Source of the DNA: Candidatus Altiarchaeota archaeon
Lineage (GTDB): Archaea; Altiarchaeota; Altiarchaeia; IMC4; SCGC-AAA252-I15
DNA length: 17,858 bases
Assembly (NCBI GenBank): GCA_043813075.1
Contig: JBDRLL010000027.1
Location: forward strand, 1-17,858
Direction: 5' to 3'
Of the stretch, positions 9,532 to 16,902 are shown one piece after another. The position numbers and the translations under genes were made by a program. The stretch's first letter is position 1; each line of letters opens with the position of its first letter. Under the pieces are notes generated by a model. The model was not told where the DNA came from, searched no databases, and saw only the letters and a list, made by a program, of their open reading frames with translations.

Positions 9532-9638
9532 GTTAAAACACCATATTGCTAAAAGAAAATTTAGATATATTATCTGAGTACACGCTTTAATAAATGGTCC
9601 AGTATCCTATTGTAGACCATTGAATCGTGGTTTTCAGC

Positions 9639-9658
9639 GGGCCCGCCCGGATTTGAAC
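9639..9658 (-). repeat. Exact 20-bp duplicate of the tRNA-Val 3' end (att-like)
   Basis: gggcccgcccggatttgaac at 9639-9658 is identical to 9881-9900. Confidence 0.9.
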
Positions 9659-9691
9659 ATAAGGGCAGGCACCTACGGTTCCCGCCCTTAT
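9659..9691. repeat. Imperfect palindrome/hairpin abutting the tRNA fragment
   Basis: ATAAGGGC(9659-9666)...GCCCTTAT(9684-9691) with inner pairing; the minus strand reads ATAAGGGCGGGAACC-GTA-GGTGCCTGCCCTTAT. Confidence 0.75.
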
Positions 9692-9879
9692 CAACCCTAC
9701 CCTCCCCCTGAATATTGTGCTAAAGACGGCGATATCCTGGATATTAATACTTTCTCCAATAGAATCTCCTAATCACTAAGCGAACGTATGTGCGCGCATG
9801 TGGCTCCCACATGTAAACGCAACGGAGATAGGGTCTGTGTGAGCATGAAAGCAGGACTTGCTTTGCAGAGTGAGCCGTT

Positions 9880-9954
9880 TGGGCCCGCCCGGATTTGAAC
9901 CGGGGATCTCCCGCACGTCAAGCGGACGTCATAACCGGTCTAGACTACGGGCCC
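9880..9954 (-). tRNA. tRNA-Val(GAC), intronless, CCA not encoded
   Basis: The minus strand folds as a cloverleaf: GGGCCCG TA GTCT AGACCGGTTA TGAC G TCCGC TTGACGT GCGGG AGATC CCCGG TTCAAAT CCGGG CGGGCCC A. Confidence 0.97.
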
Positions 9955-9996
9955 TTATGTTGGTATTAGGGTGTTTAACGTTAAATCTCGGGCTTT

Positions 9997-10155
9997 CTAC
10001 TCCTTTTTCGGGCTGTTTTTCTTTTTGCTCTTGCCGTATCCGCATGCAGCGCATACTTTCTTCTTGGAGTGGTAGCTTGCTTTCCCGCAGCGTTTGCACT
10101 GGACGTGAGGCTTTTTCTTGCTTTTCTTGCCGTGTGACTGTATACCCTTTGTCAT
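9997..10155 (-). CDS. rpl37e: 50S ribosomal protein L37e (52 aa; absent from the ORF track)
   Basis: Manual translation MTKGIQSHGKKSKKKPHVQCKRCGKASYHSKKKVCAACGYGKSKKKNSPKKE* shows a C2-C2 zinc finger. GAGGT SD upstream; downstream of lsm as is conserved in archaea. Confidence 0.96.
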   Translation of the reverse strand: MTKGIQSHGKKSKKKPHVQCKRCGKASYHSKKKVCAACGYGKSKKKNSPKKE

Positions 10156-10193
10156 TGCCTTACCTCAGAGGAATTTCTCCCTAAAAAATGGAT

Positions 10194-10400
10194 TTACCCT
10201 ATGAAGAGTATCATGTCGCCTCTCAGGAATAGTCTCTTGAATTTCTTCGAGACTTCATTGTCCTCGAACTCGGCCTCCTCCAGCACGACGTTTATGTGCT
10301 GGTCGAATGCCTTCAGCGTTCCCCTCATCTCTATCCCATTCTTCAGTCTTATTAGAACTTGGTTGTCCAACAGTTCGCCTAAAGCGTCTAGTGGTCTCAC
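10194..10400 (-). CDS. lsm: Sm-like archaeal protein (SmAP/Lsm)
   Basis: RPLDAL, Sm1 motif VLIRLKNG.EMRGTLKAFDQHINVVLEEAE, Sm2 motif LFLRGD; GTG start with GGTGA SD. Confidence 0.95.
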   Translation of the reverse strand: MRPLDALGELLDNQVLIRLKNGIEMRGTLKAFDQHINVVLEEAEFEDNEVSKKFKRLFLRGDMILFIG

Positions 10401-10480
10401 AATAAATCACCTAATTGTTAAAAAATAATGTATATTATTCATGTTTACTGCTTAAAAAGGAATTTTCCCGCATCATGTTC

Positions 10481-11347
10481 TCACCTGACTGGATGCAATC
10501 CATTTCTAACCGTAGCTTTTTCAAGTGCCATGTATACCTTGTCTCTCACTCCAGGGTCTGGTAGTCTGAATCCAGTCGACCTTGCTCCTTCAAGAAATCC
10601 TAGTGCATCCTCCAACTTAATCCTCATGTCTCCCCCCTCTCTTGGCAGTATGACTGGGGGGTGTTCGTCATTTTCATGTCTTAAAAATATTATGTCTGCC
10701 AACTCCACTTCTCTTGGCGTGAACTCCATCTTTTTCCATGGTGGCATCATTGCTGCTACTGATGTTCCCACAACCCTTGATAGTCTCGTGGAGAAGTTAT
10801 ACCACACCTTCCTGTCAGTAAAAGCTTCATCTGATTGCCCGCCCACCAAATCCAGGTAAGGTGTGTTTGGGACAAGCATCCGTCTTAAGGCACCCTCCAC
10901 CCGTCTCATTGTAGTGCTACCATGGATTCCTGTCTGAATCACCTTCGGCTGCCCGCCTTCATTATCCACTCCAGCAAGTACGAATCCGTCATCCATAACC
11001 TTAATGTTAAATCTCCTTCCTAGTTTTGCGATGGCAGTGGATTTTCCTATTCCAGGCGGCCCTGTAAGCATCACTGCCTTTCCGTTCGCTTCAAATGCAA
11101 TTCCATGCATCAGTATCATGTCACCTACATTAAATTCTCCCCTGACCCTATCTACCTCCTCTTGGTCGTATTCCCTACCCTGGGGTATTCTCAGAGGGAA
11201 TACTATTGCTCCCATTGGGGCTATGGCTTCTCTCATCACCTGGGTCAGTTTCTTCACTCCTATGGTTGTAAGAGCTCTGTATACTATATCCCCCTGCTGT
11301 CTTGCTCCCTCTTGAGGTAAATCTCCTGAACTTGCGCTTCCCATCAT
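10481..11347 (-). CDS. HPr-kinase-like P-loop protein
   Basis: MHGIAFEANGKAVMLTGPPGIGKST (His-x + Walker A arrangement of the HPrK/PEPCK fold) followed by the VMDD acidic pair. Start placed at ATG 11347 (or 11344). Confidence 0.7.
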   Translation of the reverse strand: MMGSASSGDLPQEGARQQGDIVYRALTTIGVKKLTQVMREAIAPMGAIVFPLRIPQGREYDQEEVDRVRGEFNVGDMILMHGIAFEANGKAVMLTGPPGIGKSTAIAKLGRRFNIKVMDDGFVLAGVDNEGGQPKVIQTGIHGSTTMRRVEGALRRMLVPNTPYLDLVGGQSDEAFTDRKVWYNFSTRLSRVVGTSVAAMMPPWKKMEFTPREVELADIIFLRHENDEHPPVILPREGGDMRIKLEDALGFLEGARSTGFRLPDPGVRDKVYMALEKATVRNGLHPVR

Positions 11348-11378
11348 TATTATAATCTCAATGACACAATAAATCAAG
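11347..11378. promoter_or_regulatory. Crossed divergent TATA-like promoters for mtrA (+) and the HPrK-like gene (-)
   Basis: TTATTATAAT at 11347-11356 lies about 25-30 bp before ATG 11379; ATTTATT (minus strand, 11368-11374) lies about 25 bp before ATG 11347/11344. Confidence 0.5.
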
Positions 11379-11957
11379 ATGGAACACCGGCTTTACCCTT
11401 GGGGAGGGAAGTTCGATAAGGGTAGTGCGGAGAGTTCTGTCGCGGTCGTGACCCTGTCCGACGAGATATCCCTGCCCAAAGACAAGGTCGCGTTATTCGG
11501 TGCGATGAAGACTGAGAACCTGGGTGTCGAGAAGGTTATCGCCAACATCGTGTCAAACCCGATCATACGGTTCGTCATAGTCTGCGGCAAGGAAGTAAGA
11601 GGCCATCGTTCCGGCGACTCTATAGTAAATATATATAAGAACGGTGTCGACGAGAACAACAGGGTGGTCGGCGCGAAGAGCGCGATACCCTACATAGAGA
11701 ACCTTCCCGTGGATGCTGTTGACCGCTTCAGAAGGCAGGTCGAGTTGGTAGATCTTGTTGACGTCACTGATGAATCCAGGATTTTAATGGAGATAGACAA
11801 ATGCTTAAAACAGGGTAAGAAACCGTTCGGGGAGCCGTTGTATGTTGAGCCACTTGCGAAGGGCACCCGCAAGGAGTCGGTGCACACTGAGATAGGGCTT
11901 CATGCAGGCATTGACTTGGACTTGTACGGTTACGTGCGGTCTCCGGAGTGTGTTTAA
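11379..11957 (+). CDS. mtrA: Soluble MtrA-like corrinoid protein (MtxA type, no membrane anchor)
   Basis: SSVAVVTL, KTENLGVEKVIANIVSNP.IRFVIVCGKEVRGH (cobalt-ligating His), IPYIENL...AVDRFRRQVELVDL; no hydrophobic C-terminal helix. Confidence 0.92.
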   Translation: MEHRLYPWGGKFDKGSAESSVAVVTLSDEISLPKDKVALFGAMKTENLGVEKVIANIVSNPIIRFVIVCGKEVRGHRSGDSIVNIYKNGVDENNRVVGAKSAIPYIENLPVDAVDRFRRQVELVDLVDVTDESRILMEIDKCLKQGKKPFGEPLYVEPLAKGTRKESVHTEIGLHAGIDLDLYGYVRSPECV

Positions 11958-11959
11958 GG

Positions 11960-12895
11960 ATGTACGCTTTCAGTAGAGAACAGAATGTGGTCGAATTGGG
12001 TGGTGTGCTTTTTGGCGGGCAGCCTGGGCAGAACCCAACAGTACTGTTCGGCACACTATTCTACGGCAAGCAGTGGGCTAGCCTGGGTAAGGGCAGTCTG
12101 GAGAATGCGAAGAGTCTTGTCGAAGCCCAGGATGCGGTGGGTGATGAACTCGGGATTCCTGGAATAGTCGACATATACGTGAAGGATGAGGGAATGCTGA
12201 AGAAAGAGATAGACCTGGTTGCGGACTCAACAGAAAAACCATTCTCAATAGACATATCAGCTTCAGAGCTTAGGATAAAGGCGTTGCAGTACCTGGATGA
12301 GGCAGGACTGCTCGGCAGGGTAATCTACAACTCGATTAACCTTGGCATAACCGAAGACGAGGTCTTGGCATTGAAGGAGCACGCTCCCGCCGCCGCGATA
12401 CTCCTGGCTTATAACCCTAAGGACACCAGCGTCGACGGCAGGATAGAGATACTCCAGACTGGTGCGGGCATGATAGCTCTAGGTGAAAAGAACATGGGTT
12501 TAATGGAGTTGTCAGAGCGTGTCGGAGTAAAGAACCTCATAATAGACACTGGTGCGACACCATTCGGCCAGCAGTCTGCCGAGACCCTTCGCGCCATCCC
12601 TGTGATGAAGAACGAGTTCGGGCTTCCAGTCGGATGCGCGATACATAATACCCTGGAGTCCTGGGTGTGGATGAAGAAAAACCCTGGGAGGGGAGAGATA
12701 TACGGGTATTGCGACAGCGCGGTCAACGCCCTGGTGCCATTGATGTCCGGCGACTTCATAGTATACGGTCCCATAGACTCCCACGAAATCGTCTTCCCTT
12801 CGATAGCGTTCGTCGACAAGCTCATGGCTGAGGGTGCTGCGGACTATTTCGGGGCTGAAATAGGCGAAAACCATCCCTACAAAAAGCTAGAATGA
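11960..12895 (+). CDS. mtrH: MtrH-family methyl-tetrahydropterin:corrinoid methyltransferase (MtxH type)
   Basis: GGQPGQNPTVLFGTLFY, RVIYNSIN, AAILLAYNP.D.SVDGR, FGLPVGCAIHN, GDFIVYGPI; ATG 2 bp after the mtrA stop. Confidence 0.93.
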   Translation: MYAFSREQNVVELGGVLFGGQPGQNPTVLFGTLFYGKQWASLGKGSLENAKSLVEAQDAVGDELGIPGIVDIYVKDEGMLKKEIDLVADSTEKPFSIDISASELRIKALQYLDEAGLLGRVIYNSINLGITEDEVLALKEHAPAAAILLAYNPKDTSVDGRIEILQTGAGMIALGEKNMGLMELSERVGVKNLIIDTGATPFGQQSAETLRAIPVMKNEFGLPVGCAIHNTLESWVWMKKNPGRGEIYGYCDSAVNALVPLMSGDFIVYGPIDSHEIVFPSIAFVDKLMAEGAADYFGAEIGENHPYKKLE

Positions 12896-13776
12896 TTCCC
12901 TGCAATGTTATCGGGAGCTATCCCCCGGTGCTGGACAAGTCCAAGTATGCGGACGCCTACCTAAGCGGGGGTATGCGGGATCCTTCAGGGGAGATGATAA
13001 GGAATGCCGTCAACTCACAGCTCGAAGCCGGCATAGACATCATCAGTGACGGTCAGACTCGGGCGGACTTCATATCCCTCTTCGCGAGGAACTTCAAGGG
13101 GGTACTCATGCAGCGACGTCCAGTCGTTGTCAGCGAAATCGAGTACAAGAATCCCGTTACTGTGGAAGACCAAGAGTTTGTCAGAAAAATCATTCCAAAG
13201 GAAACAATGTTGAAGGGCATTATCACCGGACCTTATACTCTCGCTAAATACAGTGAGAACCGTTTCTACAATGGCACTGAAGAACTCGCGTACGCGTACG
13301 CGGAGGGATTGAACAATGAGGCCAGGGCGTTGGACGGCGTAGTCGACTTCATCCAGGTGGACGAGCCTGAGTACAGCATAGATTATCCAGAGTATGCTGG
13401 CGGGCTTCTCGACACAGTCTTCAAGGGAGTCTCCAAGATTCGGATGCTCCACTCTTGCGGCGACGTTTCGCACGTATTCGAGGATATGGTTGAACTGAAC
13501 GTCGACGTCCTCGAACACGAGTTCGCCGCGAACCCGGAATTATTAAACACAGTAAAGCGAATAGACTTCAAGCAAAAGCTCGGATACGGCTGCCTAAGGT
13601 CTGACAAAGACCGTGTGGAGCCTGTAGACGAGGTTAAGACGATAGTGCGCAGGGCTCTTGACGTATACCCCCCGGGCAAGATACTGTTGAACCCGGATTG
13701 TGGGCTTAGGAACCTGCCTCCCAGGGTGGCGTTCCAGAAACTACGGAACATGGTGGAGGCCAGGAACTCCCTATAA
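12892..13776 (+). CDS. metE: Core (single-barrel, MesA-like) methionine synthase, methylcorrinoid:homocysteine methyltransferase
   Basis: VIGSYP, QLEAGIDIISDGQTR, KGIITGPYTLA, FIQVDEP, Zn ligands H-S-C...E...NPDCGL. At 294 aa it lacks the N-terminal folate-binding barrel. ATGA overlap with mtrH. Confidence 0.92.
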   Translation: MIPCNVIGSYPPVLDKSKYADAYLSGGMRDPSGEMIRNAVNSQLEAGIDIISDGQTRADFISLFARNFKGVLMQRRPVVVSEIEYKNPVTVEDQEFVRKIIPKETMLKGIITGPYTLAKYSENRFYNGTEELAYAYAEGLNNEARALDGVVDFIQVDEPEYSIDYPEYAGGLLDTVFKGVSKIRMLHSCGDVSHVFEDMVELNVDVLEHEFAANPELLNTVKRIDFKQKLGYGCLRSDKDRVEPVDEVKTIVRRALDVYPPGKILLNPDCGLRNLPPRVAFQKLRNMVEARNSL

Positions 13777-13811
13777 ATACGCGGAATGCGTATAATTGGG
13801 TATCCGTAAAG

Positions 13812-15386
13812 ATGGCGCAGATAATATCAGACCGTAGTGTACCTGGCTTCTCCCAGTCTGAAGGTGGCCTACTAGTCCCCGACTCCCCCCTGAAGTCCAT
13901 TGAAAACCAGAAGAGGGCTGTCGGAGGCCGAATAGACTTCGGAAGCCACTTCCAACACCGCTATAGTCTTATGCCCCGGGAAGGTGCTACTCCAGTGGAG
14001 CAGCTTGACGATTGTGTCAAACAGTTGAGAAATCTCACCGGCCGCAGAGGACTAAGCCTTAGTCACGCAGTCCAGATGACCGTCTTCGTACCTTCGGAAG
14101 GGTATGCTGATACAGTGAAGCAGCTTGAAAAGCATATGGAAGACGTTTACGGCGGGAAAGAGAATGTTCCGCCAATCAGTTTCGTTGGGCAGACCCCTGC
14201 GGACGGCAGGAAGTCCGGCATGGAGGCTGTCGTTATAGAGCCGAAGAAAGGCCATGAACTGATGATTAATCCTGGCATAATCGGTGCTGATGGCATTGCG
14301 GCTGTCGGCAGGCCGAAGGCAATCAATGAAGGCGAGATGGAGCGGCTGCTCGGCATGGAGGAGGGTTCCCTGAAGGGTGTTGGGGAGGCGAGGTATTCTG
14401 TAGTCATTGTGGGCGACGAGAAATGGGTTTACGCCGCTGGTCTGGCTGGGAATCCGGATTCAACTAACGCTGGCGAGAAGGCTTGGGGCGCACTGGCGAA
14501 GGAGATGGCTATACTTGTGCGTGAAGGAATATTCGAGAGGGATGCTGTGGTCAACACAGGACTGCTTAACTCTCATCACACAGTCCACGACATTATCGGC
14601 GACAACTACAACCACTTGAATGTGGTCCGCGACGAGATGTACAAGCGTATGGGAATATACAAGTACCCCTCTGCGACAGGAATAGGGTCTTTCTCAAGTG
14701 AGGGCGACGTCATAATCGGGATGATAGGCGCTAAGGGCGTTGACTATGAGCCTGTCGTCGTAGTCCAGCACGGTGAGGCTCACCAGTACTCGATGCAGTT
14801 CATGAAGCAGCAGGTCGTAGGAAAACCAGTTGGCGGCCAGGTTGATGCTACTGGAGTCGGAAAGCCGGTGTCGGTGCCTAAATTCAACAGGGCGTTATAC
14901 CTTCCAGGCCACGAAGTCGTTCTGGTTTCCGGTACAGCCTCAGTGGAGAAGGGAAAGGGGCTGCTCTATGGGCCGGAGGCGTTTGAGGCTGAAAGCCAGG
15001 CTAACGGCGGCAGGGGGGTGCAGCTTGACGTCACCGAGATAGTCGATTCAGTGGGAATGAAAAGAATTAGGGAGAGGGGTCTTGGAGTCATTGCTGGAGC
15101 AGACAACAGGGTATACTTCCGGGCGGAGACCGCAGCGGAAGCCCAGACCATAGTGACCATACGAAACATGACCCGTCTTCTAGCAGCTAAGGGGATGAGT
15201 CTGAACGACCTTGCCCACAGCAGGGTTTACGTTGCAGACCTCGACGACAGCGGCCGCGTAATGGACCTGGTAGGCAAGATATTCGGCAACAACCCAACGC
15301 AATGCGTTGAGGCTCCAGTCTGCTATAAAGGATGGCTGGTTGAGATAGAGGGCATTGCCGGGAAAAACAAGTCTCTGATACAGTGA
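13812..15386 (+). CDS. Multi-domain YjgF/Rid-fold protein of the chorismatase (FkbO/Hyg5)-like type
   Basis: PPISFVGQTP, YPSATGIG, PKFNRA, VLVSGTASV, AQT..TIRNM..LL, RVYV, APVCYKGWLVEIEGIA. Confidence 0.7.
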   Translation: MAQIISDRSVPGFSQSEGGLLVPDSPLKSIENQKRAVGGRIDFGSHFQHRYSLMPREGATPVEQLDDCVKQLRNLTGRRGLSLSHAVQMTVFVPSEGYADTVKQLEKHMEDVYGGKENVPPISFVGQTPADGRKSGMEAVVIEPKKGHELMINPGIIGADGIAAVGRPKAINEGEMERLLGMEEGSLKGVGEARYSVVIVGDEKWVYAAGLAGNPDSTNAGEKAWGALAKEMAILVREGIFERDAVVNTGLLNSHHTVHDIIGDNYNHLNVVRDEMYKRMGIYKYPSATGIGSFSSEGDVIIGMIGAKGVDYEPVVVVQHGEAHQYSMQFMKQQVVGKPVGGQVDATGVGKPVSVPKFNRALYLPGHEVVLVSGTASVEKGKGLLYGPEAFEAESQANGGRGVQLDVTEIVDSVGMKRIRERGLGVIAGADNRVYFRAETAAEAQTIVTIRNMTRLLAAKGMSLNDLAHSRVYVADLDDSGRVMDLVGKIFGNNPTQCVEAPVCYKGWLVEIEGIAGKNKSLIQ

Positions 15387-15468
15387 TTCATTTCTTGATT
15401 TTATGCATTCTTCATGCTGTTTAAACCCTTTTTGCCGTAAATATATGCTAGCACTCGCATTACCCTTA

Positions 15469-16497
15469 ATGATGAAGGGAATACTCTTGCTTTCCATCAT
15501 GCTTGCCTTGTCGTCTGTGGCGTCAGCCTACGATTGTTTAGACTCTGACGACGGTAAGAACGAGTTCAAGCAGGGCTACGTTCACATACCCGAGTCGACT
15601 GACATATACAAGCAGTACGACAACTGCTATCAACCCGACAGTATCCTCCCAGACGGCACTCCAGAGCGGGGTAAGAGGGTCTCATCATGCAGTTCAGATG
15701 ATTTGTGCTACGTGGTTGAGGCCTATTGCAGCAAGCCGTCGGCTTCCGGGGAATATGCTGTTGGAATAGAGTACATAAAATGCCTTCTAGGTTGTGAGGA
15801 CGGGGCGTGCCTATCATGCGAAGACTCTGATAAGGGCGAGTACTACTACATCAAGGGTGTGGTCAAGACGCCTTGGACAACGGCCTCCGACCGGTGTGAT
15901 GAGGAAGGCGGCAGAGGATTGTTCGAATACGTCTGCAGTAAGAGGGTGGACGGCAGGCATGAAGTGGACAAGATACTGTACGACTGCCCGTACGGCTGTC
16001 GTGATGGCGCATGCATGTCATTCGCTGAAAGCATAGGCGGCATTGAGATACCTGGCCTGATTAGGGAGAAGGAGTATGTTTACGCCTGTCAGGGATGCCA
16101 GTTGGAGGCTAAGATATGCATTCCAGTCGGAACCAGGCTTAAGGCAGGCGACACGGAATACTACTGTGGGCTTGGCGGCATCTTAACTTTTCAGGGAGAT
16201 GATCTGGCGGAGTGCCAGAACAACTATGAGTGCAAGACCAACCTATGCCTGGATGGCACATGCCTGCCAGACTGTACGGGCTGCTTCAGCGAGGACAAGG
16301 CTTGCATGCCATTCGGGTTCAGGACTGGTGGCGAATACTGCGACATAGACTATAAGCTCAAAGAACAGAGGCCTGAAGACCAGGAGTGCTCGAACAACTA
16401 CGAGTGCGCGACAGACACGTGTCTAGACGGTAAATGCGAGCCATCCAGCATGTTGGATAGGGTGATAAAGTGGATACGAAAGATGATCGGCGTCTAG
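15469..16497 (+). CDS. Secreted cysteine-rich repeat protein
   Basis: Signal peptide MMKGILLLSIMLALSSVASA, two CxDSDxG...CxxGCxDGAC repeats and two CxGC...ECxNNYECxTxxCLDGxC repeats; TAAATATAT about 25 bp upstream of ATG 15469. Confidence 0.8.
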   Translation: MMKGILLLSIMLALSSVASAYDCLDSDDGKNEFKQGYVHIPESTDIYKQYDNCYQPDSILPDGTPERGKRVSSCSSDDLCYVVEAYCSKPSASGEYAVGIEYIKCLLGCEDGACLSCEDSDKGEYYYIKGVVKTPWTTASDRCDEEGGRGLFEYVCSKRVDGRHEVDKILYDCPYGCRDGACMSFAESIGGIEIPGLIREKEYVYACQGCQLEAKICIPVGTRLKAGDTEYYCGLGGILTFQGDDLAECQNNYECKTNLCLDGTCLPDCTGCFSEDKACMPFGFRTGGEYCDIDYKLKEQRPEDQECSNNYECATDTCLDGKCEPSSMLDRVIKWIRKMIGV

Positions 16498-16512
16498 CCT
16501 GATTGAGCCTTG

Positions 16513-16869
16513 ATGCAGTTAAAAAACATTCCGCCCGAATATTATACGATGACCGTAAAGAGCGTTCCGTTCAAGCCGGATCCAAAGGGTTTCTTCTACA
16601 TCTACGTTGATGTGGAGCGTAAGGAGATTGTTGTGGAGCACTACAAGAATGTCGAGCGGAAGCTGGGCTTGAAGAAGGTTATCGTCTCCGGGAAAGTGAA
16701 CAGGAAGTTTAGGGGAAAGAAGGCGGAGAAAATATATCGTGAGATAATCGCACACAACCTTGTGTCGCTCATGGATCACGCAGCCTATCTTGGCGCGGAG
16801 CTGGCGAAAGCGGAATTGGCGTTGACCAAGGGCGTCGAATACGAGCAGGACGAGAAACTGACGATCTAG
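16513..16869 (+). CDS. Stand-alone DUF4346 domain protein
   Basis: DPKGFFYIYVD...IVVEHY...FRGKKA..IY..I....LVS..DHAAYLG.EL.KAE.AL..G.EYEQD matches the remembered DUF4346 pattern. Confidence 0.85.
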   Translation: MQLKNIPPEYYTMTVKSVPFKPDPKGFFYIYVDVERKEIVVEHYKNVERKLGLKKVIVSGKVNRKFRGKKAEKIYREIIAHNLVSLMDHAAYLGAELAKAELALTKGVEYEQDEKLTI

Positions 16870-16902
16870 ACAAGTTTCCTAATTGCCCTAATTAACACAT
16901 CC

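Noticed and set aside
9563-9621. Short inverted repeats AGATA-TAT-TATCT and AATGGTC-N15-GACCATT upstream of the GILT-like gene as operators
   Set aside because: Arms of 5-7 bp in AT-rich DNA are expected by chance and no regulator is nearby.
9635-9720. Split or intron-containing second tRNA
   Set aside because: No D-arm or anticodon arm could be reconstructed upstream of the fragment, no clear bulge-helix-bulge was seen, and an intact copy lies 242 bp away.
9915-9921. G at position 37 in the tRNA-Val anticodon loop (TTGACGT)
   Set aside because: Slightly atypical, but the cloverleaf is otherwise canonical; not enough to claim recoding or a pseudogene.
9858-10184. 108-aa plus-strand ORF
   Set aside because: Antisense to tRNA-Val and rpl37e; a shadow ORF.
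11379-12895. mtrA/mtrH as evidence of methanogenesis or a Na+-pumping Mtr complex
   Set aside because: No membrane subunits are adjacent, MtrA lacks its anchor, and the pair is coupled to a methionine synthase.
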